Assembly (NCBI GenBank): GCA_963721085.1
Contig: CAVRHW010000026.1
Span: 12,302 to 76,301 of the forward strand
Direction: 5' to 3'
Source: an uncultured Gammaproteobacteria bacterium
GTDB taxonomy: Bacteria > Pseudomonadota > Gammaproteobacteria > SZUA-229
Length of the DNA stretch: 64,000 nucleotides
Shown here: positions 1 through 11,188 of the stretch, one piece after another
Numbering within the stretch: the first letter of the stretch is position 1
Layout: every line of letters begins with the position of its first letter
Notes under the pieces: generated by a model
Told to the model about the DNA's origin: nothing
What the model saw: the letters and a program-made list of their open reading frames with translations, nothing else
Database searches by the model: none
Program-made: the position numbers and the translations under genes

Positions 1-732
1 GGCGCGGACCTGCTTGTTACAACCACCATAACGGCGATGCAGCGTACCCAGGTTAGCCCACTTGTTGCGGTAAACCGGGAAGCCGGTAGGATGTCCAAGC
101 GCCGGGCTTAATGTGTTAGCACGGATATGACTGCCAGCATAGTAGTAATGGCAGTCCGCACAGGCCAGGTTCAGCTGACCGCGTTTCGCAAAAAAGAACT
201 CCTTGCCGCGATTATAAGCTGCAAGTGCTTTTGGATCGTTCGGTATTTTTACGTTGAACTTGTGGCCGCGGGACAAATACGCCAGGTAGGCACTGACCTG
301 GGCTATTGGACCTTTCTTCCACCCATAAGGCTTTTCGCCGTTGTCGGCCAGACATTTGTTGATGGTGCCTTCGAGCGTAACCACTTCACCTGTGGCGGTA
401 TCGAAGTAGGGATAGTTTTGACGAATGCCCTTCTTATAGTTCGGGAAGCAGTCAGAAAATCCCTTGCCATTAGCAAATTTCTTTTCGAACAAGGCTTTGC
501 CTTTGTCGATGGCGGGCTCGTAAGCAGGGAATTCTTCAAAAGCTTCCCACTGTTCGCGGTGACCTTTGTCGATTGCGTACACGCCATTCACGAAATCGCT
601 AAACGGCGTTTTTGGGAACTTTTGAGTGAAGTGTTTACGGAAAGCCTTCAAGTCTTGACTGGGCGTAGCATGGGAAGCGAGCGGAGTCACCACCATGAGC
701 ACAGACGTTATCACGAGAGCAATTTTATTCAT
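1..732 (-). CDS. soxA: SoxA cytochrome c subunit of the thiosulfate-oxidising Sox system (C-terminus runs off the window)
   Basis: Own minus-strand translation from the ATG at 730-732: MNKIALVITSVLMVVTPLASHA (signal) ... LACADCHYYYAGSH ... HRRYGGCNKQVRA. It has a CxxCH haem motif and lies directly after soxXYZ. It is absent from the ORF track because it has no stop in the window. Confidence 0.85.
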   Translation of the reverse strand, partial: MNKIALVITSVLMVVTPLASHATPSQDLKAFRKHFTQKFPKTPFSDFVNGVYAIDKGHREQWEAFEEFPAYEPAIDKGKALFEKKFANGKGFSDCFPNYKKGIRQNYPYFDTATGEVVTLEGTINKCLADNGEKPYGWKKGPIAQVSAYLAYLSRGHKFNVKIPNDPKALAAYNRGKEFFFAKRGQLNLACADCHYYYAGSHIRANTLSPALGHPTGFPVYRNKWANLGTLHRRYGGCNKQVRA

Positions 733-782
733 TGTTCACCTTCTGGTTTATTTTTTTCCGGTAGGTTTGGCAAGTTCGATAC

Positions 783-1097
783 TTACTTAAGCGTGGTTTC
801 TATCGAATCGCTTTCACCCTTGTTATCTACCCAGCTAATTTTCAGTGAGTCACCAGCTTTGGCGCCTTTGAAAGCAAATGAGAGAAAAGGGTTTCTGGAG
901 ATCGAACCATTCCATTCCGCATTCAGTACGGATTTGCCAGCGCTTTCGCAATGGACTTCCTGAATAAAATGCGCCGGAATCTTCTTGCCGGTTTTCTTAT
1001 CTTTTCGCAAGCCAGTTTCCATTGGGTGGCTGATGAGGCATTTAACGTTTGCCACACCACCTTTTACTTTGGCACGAACTTTTATTGAATTAGCCAT
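783..1097 (-). CDS. soxZ: SoxZ sulfur-compound chelating protein
   Basis: ORF 783..1142. MANSIKVRAKVKGGVANVKCLISHPMETG... is typical of SoxZ. The start was moved to the internal ATG (MANSIK) so it no longer overlaps soxY. Confidence 0.85.
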   Translation of the reverse strand: MANSIKVRAKVKGGVANVKCLISHPMETGLRKDKKTGKKIPAHFIQEVHCESAGKSVLNAEWNGSISRNPFLSFAFKGAKAGDSLKISWVDNKGESDSIETTLK

Positions 1098-1129
1098 GTT
1101 TACTATAACCTCGTATCTTGTATTTTTAA

Positions 1130-1600
1130 TTAGCCGCCGCAACCACCGATGGTGACTTTGACCTGTTTCTTAGTGCTGTAAAGCTTGCCGCCTGCTTTTA
1201 CAATAGCGATCACGTCAGATGTCTTGCCCATTTTAATACGGGTTGAAACATCAGCTTCTGTGGTAGCGCCAAGATTGAAGGTTGCACTCAGTGGCTGTGC
1301 GTTATTTGCTACAAGGATACCTATGGATTCGACGTTGGGAATGCTGCTGGAAACAGTCACTGGCACAACGGCTCCATTTTCAGCAATATCAGGTGCTTTA
1401 AGTGTTACCTTGCTGCTTTCAGTCATGGCTGCGCTGCCCATGCTTGCTGTCAGTGCGGAGTCGACATCAGTGGCTTCGAATGCCTTTTTCGACCACGCCG
1501 CCATAGCGACTCTTGGTGTCAGCAGGCCTGCACTGATAGCAACACCCGCCGCGCTGGCGGCCAGTGTGCCCTTAAGCAGAAATCTACGATTCTGGTTCAT
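1130..1600 (-). CDS. soxY: SoxY sulfur carrier protein
   Basis: Twin-arginine signal MNQNRRFLLKG and the characteristic C-terminal GGCGG swinging-arm motif. Confidence 0.9.
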   Translation of the reverse strand: MNQNRRFLLKGTLAASAAGVAISAGLLTPRVAMAAWSKKAFEATDVDSALTASMGSAAMTESSKVTLKAPDIAENGAVVPVTVSSSIPNVESIGILVANNAQPLSATFNLGATTEADVSTRIKMGKTSDVIAIVKAGGKLYSTKKQVKVTIGGCGG

Positions 1601-1624
1601 CTAGTTTTACCTCTTTAAACGTTT

Positions 1625-2002
1625 TTATAATGTGTAGATATATTTTGTGATCAGGTCAATTTCTTTGTCTGTCAGTACTTTATTGGGACCGAATGGAACC
1701 ATGATCGTATTAGGATTTTTGACACGCGCATCATAAATCTGTGCCCGCAGGTCATCAATATTTGGGAAGCGTGCTTTCATCGATACCAGTGGAGGCCCGA
1801 TATTTCCAGCAAGAGTGCCTCCTGCAATTTCGTGACACGCAAGACAGTTGCCCTTTTTGCGGTTAAATGCCAGTTTTTGACCGGCAGCGATATCTGATGC
1901 ACCATCAGCATTAGCTACGGTTGGCGCTGCGAATAAACCGAGGCAACCGACAAGGGCTGCAACGGACGCTGTTGTTTTTATGAAATGTGCGGATAGCCGC
2001 AT
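1625..2002 (-). CDS. soxX: SoxX monohaem cytochrome c
   Basis: 125 aa with a signal peptide and a single CLACHE haem-binding motif. It is the first gene of the soxXYZA run. Confidence 0.8.
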   Translation of the reverse strand: MRLSAHFIKTTASVAALVGCLGLFAAPTVANADGASDIAAGQKLAFNRKKGNCLACHEIAGGTLAGNIGPPLVSMKARFPNIDDLRAQIYDARVKNPNTIMVPFGPNKVLTDKEIDLITKYIYTL

Positions 2003-2206
2003 TCTGTGCTCCTCCGAAAAATATTATGAAAGTCTGATTCAACGAGTGAATTAGGCCTATAGCATACTCCGAGATTCGTGTAAGGCAAGGGTTGAGAGGT
2101 ATTTATTCCCCACTATCAAGTGAAAAAACGCATTATTAATATTGTCTTATATTAGAGACATTCAATATGCAGCTAAATAGTGAATAAAAATACTGGAGCA
2201 ACGTCT

Positions 2207-3622
2207 TTACTGGTTCGCGGAATTTTTTTCCTGTATTTTTTCCTTCAGTTGTTCTTTTTTAGCGATCAGGCGTTGGCGGCTGCTTTCGCTGAGATTGGGT
2301 TGCGATAAAGCGTTTTCATATTGCTGGCTGGCGAGTTCAAGATAGCCTTCGCGTAAATACTGGTTGCCAGTGGATTCCAGTGCAGCCGCGGTCTGACCAT
2401 TAATAAAATAGGCATGTGCGAGCTGCTGATGAATCACGGCGTCATCATTATACTGGAGCTGGTGCTTGAGCAGGGCAATGCTTTTCTCGGACTGATGATT
2501 TGCTGTCAGTGCTTCAGCATAGCTCAAGGTGACAGGTAAATAATCTGGATAAAAACTGTTCAGTTGCGCCAGCGTATCGAGCGCTTTTTTCATCTGGTTT
2601 TGATTCTCATAGGCATGAGCTAGCGCAAGTTTGATCCATGGATAACTGTGCTTGTGCGTCAGTGCTTCGAGTATCGGGATGGCCAGATCAGATCGCTGTG
2701 CTTTTATTTCCGCGATTGCTTTCTGGTAAAGACCAAACACATCGTTTGCTTTAGCATCTTTTGTAATGAAGGTTTCAGGCTGGTTGCTGGTAAGAACAGC
2801 AACCCGGGCTTTGGCAAATTCAAAGTCATCACTGTCACTGGGTAGTTTAACCTGCGTTGCCTTGATTCGGTCGCGCGCTTCGGCGACACGGTTCTCATTC
2901 AACGGGTGCGTCTGTAAATATTCAAGGTTATTGTCCCGGCTCTGCGCCAGCAGAATCTGGAAAAAATCCACCATGCCGTTCGGGTCTATACCCGATTTGG
3001 TGAGTATACCGATACCGACGCGGTCAGCTTCATATTCATTGCGGCGGGTAAAATTGATCGCTGCCTGCTGGCTGCCAGCAATGCCGGTGAGAAGAACAGC
3101 CTGACCAGCCTGCGAATCCTGTGATCCGACCAGGATGGCAGCAATCAGCGTGGCCAGGCTGGCGGCGGTTGATTTGCCCGAACGACTTACTTCACGCGCT
3201 ATATGGCGCTGGGCGACATGCGCGATTTCGTGTGCCATCACGCCAGCGAGCTGACTTTCATTCTGTGCCGCCAGAATCGTGCCACTGTTGATACCGACAT
3301 AAGCATCGGGGCCGGCAAACGCATTGATCGGGCTGGCTTTGACCACAAAAAAGTGGAAGTCCTTACCCGCAGCGTCTGAATGCGATACCAGACGCTGGCC
3401 AAGGTTGTTTATGTAATATTTGATCTGTAAGTCATCGACAAACACCAGGCTGGCGCGCAGGGTCTGGTAAAACGCCTGGCCGAGCCTGGCTTCATCCTGG
3501 CTACTAAAATTCTGCAATGTGGGGTCGCCCAGCTCAGGCAGTTCGGCTCGCGCGGCCGGGCTGAGGCAGAGGCCAAGGAATACAGCAGTGAGAACAGGAA
3601 ATTTCATCATCGGTACAGCCAT
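2207..3622 (-). CDS. bepA: M48-family periplasmic metalloprotease with C-terminal TPR repeats (BepA/YfgC-like)
   Basis: Signal peptide, HEIAHVAQRH (HExxH) motif, and a TPR-like C-terminal half. Confidence 0.8.
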   Translation of the reverse strand: MAVPMMKFPVLTAVFLGLCLSPAARAELPELGDPTLQNFSSQDEARLGQAFYQTLRASLVFVDDLQIKYYINNLGQRLVSHSDAAGKDFHFFVVKASPINAFAGPDAYVGINSGTILAAQNESQLAGVMAHEIAHVAQRHIAREVSRSGKSTAASLATLIAAILVGSQDSQAGQAVLLTGIAGSQQAAINFTRRNEYEADRVGIGILTKSGIDPNGMVDFFQILLAQSRDNNLEYLQTHPLNENRVAEARDRIKATQVKLPSDSDDFEFAKARVAVLTSNQPETFITKDAKANDVFGLYQKAIAEIKAQRSDLAIPILEALTHKHSYPWIKLALAHAYENQNQMKKALDTLAQLNSFYPDYLPVTLSYAEALTANHQSEKSIALLKHQLQYNDDAVIHQQLAHAYFINGQTAAALESTGNQYLREGYLELASQQYENALSQPNLSESSRQRLIAKKEQLKEKIQEKNSANQ

Positions 3623-3895
3623 TATCAGTAACTATTGTAGACAGCCACAGCGCCAGGAAGTTGATGACTGGCGGTTATGCTCCAATTGCCTGTTTCTGAG
3701 CTGCCGCCAGAAAGGCCTTTCATGGAAGTAGCTGAAGCATACCGTTTTTCAGCCTGATTGCGTGCTTTATCGCGGATTGGAAAGATTTTACCGCAGTGAG
3801 TTTGACTATATGCATTTCATACTCTATTAGAGTATCTGGGCACATAAACAGAATTTTAACCGACTACATCGCCCATATCTCGAGGAGAGTACTTA

Positions 3896-5275
3896 ATGAA
3901 AACCTATATAAACAAAAAGTCAGTGCTTGCGGTGTCGATTGCCGCGGCGGTCTTTTCGGCCGCACCTGTCTATGCCACGAATGGCTATTTTTCGCACGGA
4001 TACAGTACGAAAGAAAAAGGCCTGGCGGGTGCTGGTGCCGCTTATTCGCAGGACGCACTGGCGAGTGCTACTAACCCTGCTGGCATGGTCTTTGTCGGTG
4101 ATCGCATGGATGTGGGGTTGCAGCTGTTCAGTCCGTCGCGTAGTTATTCAGTCACGGGCACGCCTACTTATTCCAGTTGGCCCTAATCCGGGTCAATTTT
4201 CCGTTGGTATCGGTACGGGTAATCAGAGCATTGATAGTGACAATAATCTGTTCCTGATCCCCAGCTTTGGTTACAGCAAGGCGCTGGACTCGATGAGCAG
4301 TATGGGTATTGCTGTTTACGGTAATGGTGGTATGAATACCGAATATAAGGGCGGCACAGCTGAGTTTAATTGCGCGGCTGGGGGCGGGCCGAACGCGCCA
4401 TGTAGCTCACCGGGAACTTTCGGTGCGGGCACGGCAGGTGTCAACCTGATGCAGCTGTTTGTGAATGGGTCTTATTCGCGTAAACTGGATGACAAGAATG
4501 CTGTTGGTGCCAGCCTGATATTTGCTTACCAGCGGTTTATGGCATACGGTCTCGACTTCTTTAGTCCGGTTTTTCAGACTGACCCCAGTAAACTGTCGGG
4601 CAACCGTAAATCAGATTCCTCGGGCTTTGGCTTCAAGCTGGGTTATCAGGGCGAAGTGGCTCCCGGCATTCGCCTGGGTGCGAGCTATCAGTCCAAGATG
4701 AGCATGAGCAAGTTCAGTGAATATCAAGGTCTGTTTGCTAATGGCGGCAGTTTCGATATTCCCTCGACCTATACCGTAGGTACGGAATTTGATGCAGGTC
4801 CGACAGGCAAGGTGGTTGCCGATGTTCAGAAGATCAATTACTCAGAGGTGGATTCCATTGCAAATCCAGTGAGTAATTTGACTGACAACGTGTCAGCCAG
4901 GTCCCACGGGTGGAACGGGTCCAGGATGTCTGGGTGGTTCTAATGGCGCCGGTTTTGGATGGAAGGACATGACCATCGTTAAACTGGGTTATCAATGGAA
5001 TGCAAATAATACCGACTGGCGCGTGGGTGTCAGTAAAGGCAAGCAGCCGATCCCTGATTCAGAAGTGATGTTCAACATTCTTGCGCCAGCAGTGATTGAA
5101 ACGCATTTCACTTTTGGTATGACCAAGCAGATGGCTAACAATCAGGAATTCAATCTTGCGGCCATGTATGCACCGAGCCATGAGGTTTCGGGTCCGAACC
5201 CGTTTGATTGGCCAGACGATTAAACTTAAAATGTCACAACTCGATCTCCAGGTCGGCTGGGCATGGAAATATTAG
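3896..5275 (+). pseudogene. FadL/TodX-family outer-membrane hydrophobic-compound transporter, split over four frames
   Basis: N-terminus MKTYINKKSVLAVSIAAAVFSAAPVYATNGYFSHGYSTKEKGLAGAG (frame of 3896). It continues in the frame of 3927 from about 4185, in the frame of 4969 from about 4890, and a last segment QTIKLKMSQLDLQVGWAWKY ends at 5275 after a shift near 5195. Confidence 0.75.
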
Positions 5276-5302
5276 ATTGATCATGAAAAGCGTTGTTTAA
5301 AA

Positions 5303-5327
5303 GAGGCCCTTCGGGGCCTCTTTTTTT
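5303..5327 (+). terminator. Rho-independent terminator after the fadL-like gene
   Basis: GAGGCCC-TTCG-GGGCCTC stem followed by T7. Confidence 0.8.
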
Positions 5328-5628
5328 AGCCGTGAACTTTTCAGCGAGGCTGGCCACTAAAGTCAGCGTCGAGCATGCATGATTAAGGTATCGAAAATCA
5401 GGGAAGTGTTTTTGTAAGGCGTGCAATGAGTTAGTGCTGTAAGGGCTTTATTATAAGCAAATCATAATAGACTAATAAAATGCTTAATGGCATCAATGTC
5501 TTGCATCTGCACTGCAATCTGCATTACATTACTCGACCGTTTCGCTGTTCAGGGGAGGATTATCTGTTGTCCAGATCATTCGTCAACCAGGAGCGGGAAC
5601 AAATGACATTAAACAGGAGAGTAGTAGC

Positions 5629-6555
5629 ATGATAGAAATGAATAAAAAATTATCGGCGCTTGTTGCCGTCGCTTTGCTAAGCGTCAGCTCGACAGTGATC
5701 GGTGCTGAGGCCAAAATGATGCCTTTCATTCTGGGGTCAACCAGTGCAGCTGGTGACATTACTGCAAAAGCCACAGAAGTTAAGAAAGCACTTACAGATA
5801 ATGGTTTCCAGGTTGTTGGGGAATACACACCATATGAGGGTGCTGATGTTATCGTCGCCACCAATGACACACTGAAAAAAGCGGGTGCCAGCCATGATCG
5901 TGCCGGTTATGTTGCTGCAGAACGTGTTTCTGTAACCAAAGTAGGTGATCAGCTTCAGGTGGCTTATACCAACCCACCTTACATGGCTGCTGCGTATCAC
6001 GTAAAAGCAGATCTTTCCAGTGTGACCAATGCGCTGAAAACTGCGCTGGGCAGCATCAAGGGATTTGGTCCTGACGAAGGTAAAACAGCTGATCAACTCG
6101 AAGATTACCATTACACCTTCGGCATGGAATACTTCGATGAGCCTTACAAACTGAATTCTTTTGATAACCACGCAGATGCCGTTGCTGCTGTTGAAAAAGG
6201 TCTGGCCAAGCACGCTGGTGGTACGACCGAAGTTTACCGTATCGATATTCCAGGTGGTAAGCAGACTCTGTTCGGTGTAGGTCTTCATTCCGAAAAGAAC
6301 AAGTATGCAGACGACAAGTACATCATGTCAGAAATCGACTTTAAGAAGATTCGTTCAACGCCTCACCTGCCATATGAAATGCTGGTAACAGGCGGAAAAG
6401 TCGAAGCACTGCATGCGCGTTTCCGTATTGCAATGGATTTCCCTGATTTGAGCATGATGGGATCTCACAGCTTCATGAATATCATGCCCACACCTGACGC
6501 AATCAAGAGTGCGCTGACTGAAGCTGCTGGTGGCGAAGTAAAATCAGATTTCTAA
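5629..6555 (+). CDS. secreted protein of unknown function
   Basis: 308-aa ORF with signal peptide KKLSALVAVALLSVSSTVIGAEA and its own terminator. No motif recognised. Confidence 0.6.
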   Translation: MIEMNKKLSALVAVALLSVSSTVIGAEAKMMPFILGSTSAAGDITAKATEVKKALTDNGFQVVGEYTPYEGADVIVATNDTLKKAGASHDRAGYVAAERVSVTKVGDQLQVAYTNPPYMAAAYHVKADLSSVTNALKTALGSIKGFGPDEGKTADQLEDYHYTFGMEYFDEPYKLNSFDNHADAVAAVEKGLAKHAGGTTEVYRIDIPGGKQTLFGVGLHSEKNKYADDKYIMSEIDFKKIRSTPHLPYEMLVTGGKVEALHARFRIAMDFPDLSMMGSHSFMNIMPTPDAIKSALTEAAGGEVKSDF

Positions 6556-6578
6556 ATCTTTCACCACATAGCAAAAAA

Positions 6579-6604
6579 GACCCCGGCTTGCCCGGGGTTT
6601 TTTT
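6579..6604 (+). terminator. Rho-independent terminator
   Basis: ACCCCGG-CTTGC-CCGGGGT stem followed by T7. Confidence 0.8.
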
Positions 6605-6691
6605 GTATGTCTTTTGCGATATAGCATGTTTTGGTCGTTTCCAGATAAATAGTCGGTGAAATTCTTCTCCTAAACGTATAGACTTCACGGT

Positions 6692-8452
6692 TTGCACACT
6701 CCATACACACCAGTAAAAGTGTATGATTTCAAAGATTATTTGACCAAAGAGCTGATAGTGGAATTAACTGGCGCACAAATTATTATCGAATGTCTGAAGG
6801 CAGAAGGCGTGGATTACGTCTTTGGTTATCCGGGCGGGGCTGTCCTGCACATTTATGACGCTTTTTACGCGCAGGATGTGGTGCAGCATATTCTGGTGCG
6901 CCACGAGCAGGGTGCGACCCACGCCGCAGACGGTTATGCCCGTTCCACCGGTAAACCGGGCGTGGTGCTGGTGACCTCTGGCCCGGGCGCCACCAATGCG
7001 GTCACCGGTATTGCCACTGCCTACATGGACTCCATCCCGATGATCGTGATTACCGGTCAGGTGCCCAAGCACCTGATTGGCAATGATGCTTTCCAGGAAG
7101 TGGATTCCGTTGGGATCACCCGGCCGATCGTGAAACACAATTTTCTGATCAAAGATGTCAAAGATATCGCCAGCACCTTCAAAAAGGCGTTTTATGTCGC
7201 GACCACCGGGCGTCCGGGCCCGGTGGTGATCGATATTCCAAAAGATATCACTGCGGAGAAGTTCGAGTTCTCGTATCCGAGCGAGATCAGCATGCGCTCG
7301 TATAACCCGACCATGAAAGGGCATAGCGGTCAGATTAAGCGTGCCGCCGAAATGATCCTGTCGGCCGAACGCCCCATGATCTATACCGGTGGCGGGGTCA
7401 TTCTGGGTAATGGCTGCGATCAGCTGGTCGATTTTACCCGACGTCTCGGCTATCCCATCACCAATACCTTGATGGGTCTGGGGGCCTATCCTGCCAGCGA
7501 TAAACAGTTTGTCGGCATGCTGGGGATGCACGGTACCTACGAAGCCAATATGGGCATGCATGGTTGTGATGTGCTGATCGCCATCGGCGCGCGTTTTGAT
7601 GACCGGGTGACTGGCAATCTGGAAAAATTCTGTCCTTCCGCCAAAATTGTTCATATCGATGTCGACCCCGCTTCGATTTCGAAAAACGTCAAGGTGGACA
7701 TTCCTATTGTGGGTGAAGTCGCCGAAGTTCTAAGCGAACTGATTAAGGCGCTGGACGCGACCGAGCAAAAACCCAATGCAGGCGCATTGCAAAAATGGTG
7801 GCAGCAAATAGATGAATGGCGCGAACAGGACTGCCTGAAGTACGATCGTGAGAGCAAGATCATCAAGCCGCAAATGGTGATCGAGGAAATGCACCGGGTC
7901 AGCAAAGGCGATGCATTCATTACCTCGGATGTCGGCCAGCACCAGATGTTTGCTGCGCAGTATTACGGTTTTGATAAACCGCGTCGCTGGATCAACTCTG
8001 GCGGACTTGGCACCATGGGTTTCGGTATGCCCGCTGCGATGGGCGTGCAGCTTGCGCATCCAGATGAACTGGTTATGTGTGTCACCGGCGAAGCCAGCAT
8101 ACAAATGTGTATTCAGGAGCTGTCCACCTGCAAGCAATATAATTTGCCGATAAAGATTATTAATCTGAATAATCGTTACATGGGTATGGTGCGCCAGTGG
8201 CAGGAGTTTTTCTACGAAAAACGTTATGCCATGTCCTACATGGATGCGTTGCCGGATTTTGTGAAACTGGCAGAGAGTTATGGCCACGTCGGAATGTATG
8301 TCGACAAGCCAGAAGACATTCGTGGTGCGCTGGAAGAAGCGATTGCGCTGAAAGATCGTACCGTGTTCATCGATTTCATCACCGATCAGAATGAAAACGT
8401 GTATCCGATGATCCCGCAGGGCGCGGGTCTCAATGAAATGATACTGGTGTGA
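6692..8452 (+). CDS. ilvI: acetolactate synthase large (catalytic) subunit; start codon uncertain
   Basis: ThDP-enzyme sequence: GVDYVFGYPGGAVLHIYDA ... GGLGTMGFGMPAAMG. Followed by ilvH and ilvC. Confidence 0.9.
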   Translation: MHTPYTPVKVYDFKDYLTKELIVELTGAQIIIECLKAEGVDYVFGYPGGAVLHIYDAFYAQDVVQHILVRHEQGATHAADGYARSTGKPGVVLVTSGPGATNAVTGIATAYMDSIPMIVITGQVPKHLIGNDAFQEVDSVGITRPIVKHNFLIKDVKDIASTFKKAFYVATTGRPGPVVIDIPKDITAEKFEFSYPSEISMRSYNPTMKGHSGQIKRAAEMILSAERPMIYTGGGVILGNGCDQLVDFTRRLGYPITNTLMGLGAYPASDKQFVGMLGMHGTYEANMGMHGCDVLIAIGARFDDRVTGNLEKFCPSAKIVHIDVDPASISKNVKVDIPIVGEVAEVLSELIKALDATEQKPNAGALQKWWQQIDEWREQDCLKYDRESKIIKPQMVIEEMHRVSKGDAFITSDVGQHQMFAAQYYGFDKPRRWINSGGLGTMGFGMPAAMGVQLAHPDELVMCVTGEASIQMCIQELSTCKQYNLPIKIINLNNRYMGMVRQWQEFFYEKRYAMSYMDALPDFVKLAESYGHVGMYVDKPEDIRGALEEAIALKDRTVFIDFITDQNENVYPMIPQGAGLNEMILV

Positions 8453-8454
8453 TC

Positions 8455-8943
8455 ATGCGGCATATTATTTCTATTTTGATCGAAAACGAATCGGGTGCTT
8501 TGTCGCGTGTAGCGGGCCTGTTTTCAGCGCGTGGTTACAATATTGAATCACTGACTGTTGCGCCCACCGACGATGAGTCCTTGTCGCGTATGACGCTGGT
8601 GACTTCGGGCACTGACGAAATCATCGAACAGATCAGCAAGCAGCTCAATAAGCTGGTGGATGTGGTCAAGCTGGTGGATTTAACTGAATCACCTCACATC
8701 GAACGCGAACTGATGTTGATTAAAGTTGAAGCGGTGGCTGATACGCGCGAAGAAGTGATGCGCCTGGTGGATATTTTTCGCGGACGTATCATCGACGTGA
8801 CCGATACCAGTTATACCGTTGAGATAACCGGCAATGGAGACAAGCTGGATGCTTTTGTGCAGGCGCTTTCCAGTATCAGCATTCTCGAAGTCGTGCGCTC
8901 AGGTTTGCTGGGAATTTCGCGCGGCGAAAAATCGTTAAATTAA
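8455..8943 (+). CDS. ilvH: acetolactate synthase small (regulatory) subunit
   Basis: MRHIISILIENESGALSRVAGLFSARGYNIESLTV is an ACT-domain small subunit. The ATG lies 3 nt after the ilvI stop. Confidence 0.9.
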   Translation: MRHIISILIENESGALSRVAGLFSARGYNIESLTVAPTDDESLSRMTLVTSGTDEIIEQISKQLNKLVDVVKLVDLTESPHIERELMLIKVEAVADTREEVMRLVDIFRGRIIDVTDTSYTVEITGNGDKLDAFVQALSSISILEVVRSGLLGISRGEKSLN

Positions 8944-9025
8944 TATAAGTGTTTTACGTGGTGTGGTCGGGCAAACCTGAATGGTGGCTTGTTTTATTAC
9001 ACTGAAATATCAGATTTATTACTAA

Positions 9026-10060
<1,035 letters not shown>

Positions 10061-10107
10061 ACCAGGCCTGTGATGTCACTATCATCAGGCATCTGCGTAG
10101 TAAAAGA

Positions 10108-10133
10108 AAAAGGGGCTGTTCAGCCCTTTTTTC
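10108..10133 (+). terminator. Rho-independent terminator after ilvC
   Basis: AGGGGCTG-TTC-CAGCCCCT stem followed by a T-run. Confidence 0.8.
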
Positions 10134-10180
10134 ATGGTCTACTATCAGTGCATGTATTTTAATTTACCCTGGGTATCCTT

Positions 10181-10951
10181 TTGGACGATCAAACACCGCT
10201 GAATCCCAATAAACCGCGACGTCGTGGTATTTATCTGTTGCCCAATCTGCTCACCACGGGTGGCCTGTTCGCGGGCTATTACGCCATTGTTGCGGCCATG
10301 GCCGACAAGTTCGAGCAGGCCGCGGTGGCCGTGTTCATAGCCATGATCCTGGACGGTCTCGACGGTCGGGTTGCACGTATGACCAATACCGAATCGGCCT
10401 TTGGTGCCGAGTACGACAGTCTGGCGGACATGGTGTCTTTTGGCCTGGCGCCTTCTCTGGTCATGTATGAATGGTCGCTGTCTTCATTGCATCAGTACAG
10501 CTGGCAGTGGGGCAAGCTCGGCTGGCTCGGCGCCTTTGTTTATGCAGCGGCTGCCGCTTTGCGCCTGGCGCGCTTTAATACCCGTGCCAGTAGCACTGAC
10601 AAGCGTTATTTTCAGGGCCTGCCCAGTCCGGCAGCGGCTGCGGTGGTGGTCGGTCTGGTCTGGGTGTTGTTCGATCAGAGAATACCGGGCCGTGATGTGG
10701 CGTTTATTGCGCTGCCGGTGACGATCATCACCGGCCTGCTCATGGTCAGCAAGATTTCATACTACAGTTTCAAGGATATCGATCCGAATAACCGGGTGCC
10801 TTTTTTCGGTATGTTGATCGTGGTGCTGGTATTTGTTCTGGCAGCGATTGATCCACCCAAGGTGCTGTTCGGTTGTTTCTTCCTGTATGCGCTGTCAGGC
10901 CCGGCTTTGAGTGCCTGGCGTTACCGGCGCAAGCACGTGGCTAAAGATTGA
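10181..10951 (+). CDS. pssA: CDP-diacylglycerol--serine O-phosphatidyltransferase
   Basis: CDP-alcohol phosphatidyltransferase motif DGLDGRVARMTNTESAFGAEYDSLADMV. Multi-pass membrane protein. Confidence 0.85.
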   Translation: MDDQTPLNPNKPRRRGIYLLPNLLTTGGLFAGYYAIVAAMADKFEQAAVAVFIAMILDGLDGRVARMTNTESAFGAEYDSLADMVSFGLAPSLVMYEWSLSSLHQYSWQWGKLGWLGAFVYAAAAALRLARFNTRASSTDKRYFQGLPSPAAAAVVVGLVWVLFDQRIPGRDVAFIALPVTIITGLLMVSKISYYSFKDIDPNNRVPFFGMLIVVLVFVLAAIDPPKVLFGCFFLYALSGPALSAWRYRRKHVAKD

Positions 10952-11002
10952 TGCCACCAGGTCTTGTTAAATGCCGTGCTTGCCGCTATAGTTGGCTCAG
11001 GC

Positions 11003-11110
11003 ATGAAAAACTTCAATCAACAATCTGAATCCTGTTTTCGCACAGCAGCCCCTGCCGTTGCGACCGGTCCTGCCTGCTCATTTCTGCTCCCACTGCTTCT
11101 CCTGCCGTAA
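11003..11110 (+). promoter_or_regulatory. candidate leucine-rich leader peptide upstream of leuA
   Basis: A 35-codon ORF, MKNFNQQSESCFRTAAPAVATGPACSFLLPLLLLP, with six Leu in the last nine codons. It ends 78 nt before the leuA ATG. Confidence 0.35.
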
Positions 11111-11188
11111 GGCAGACAGAATATCCCTGGCGAGGGTACACGCACTCATCAACATACCATTATATAATTCTGATTTGCGGAGCAGGTC

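Noticed and set aside
127-963. 278-aa plus-strand ORF
   Set aside because: It lies antisense to soxA and soxZ, which have clear motifs. Its product is low-complexity and motif-free. It is a shadow ORF.
6764-7654. 296-aa minus-strand ORF (and 7730..8287)
   Set aside because: Antisense to ilvI.
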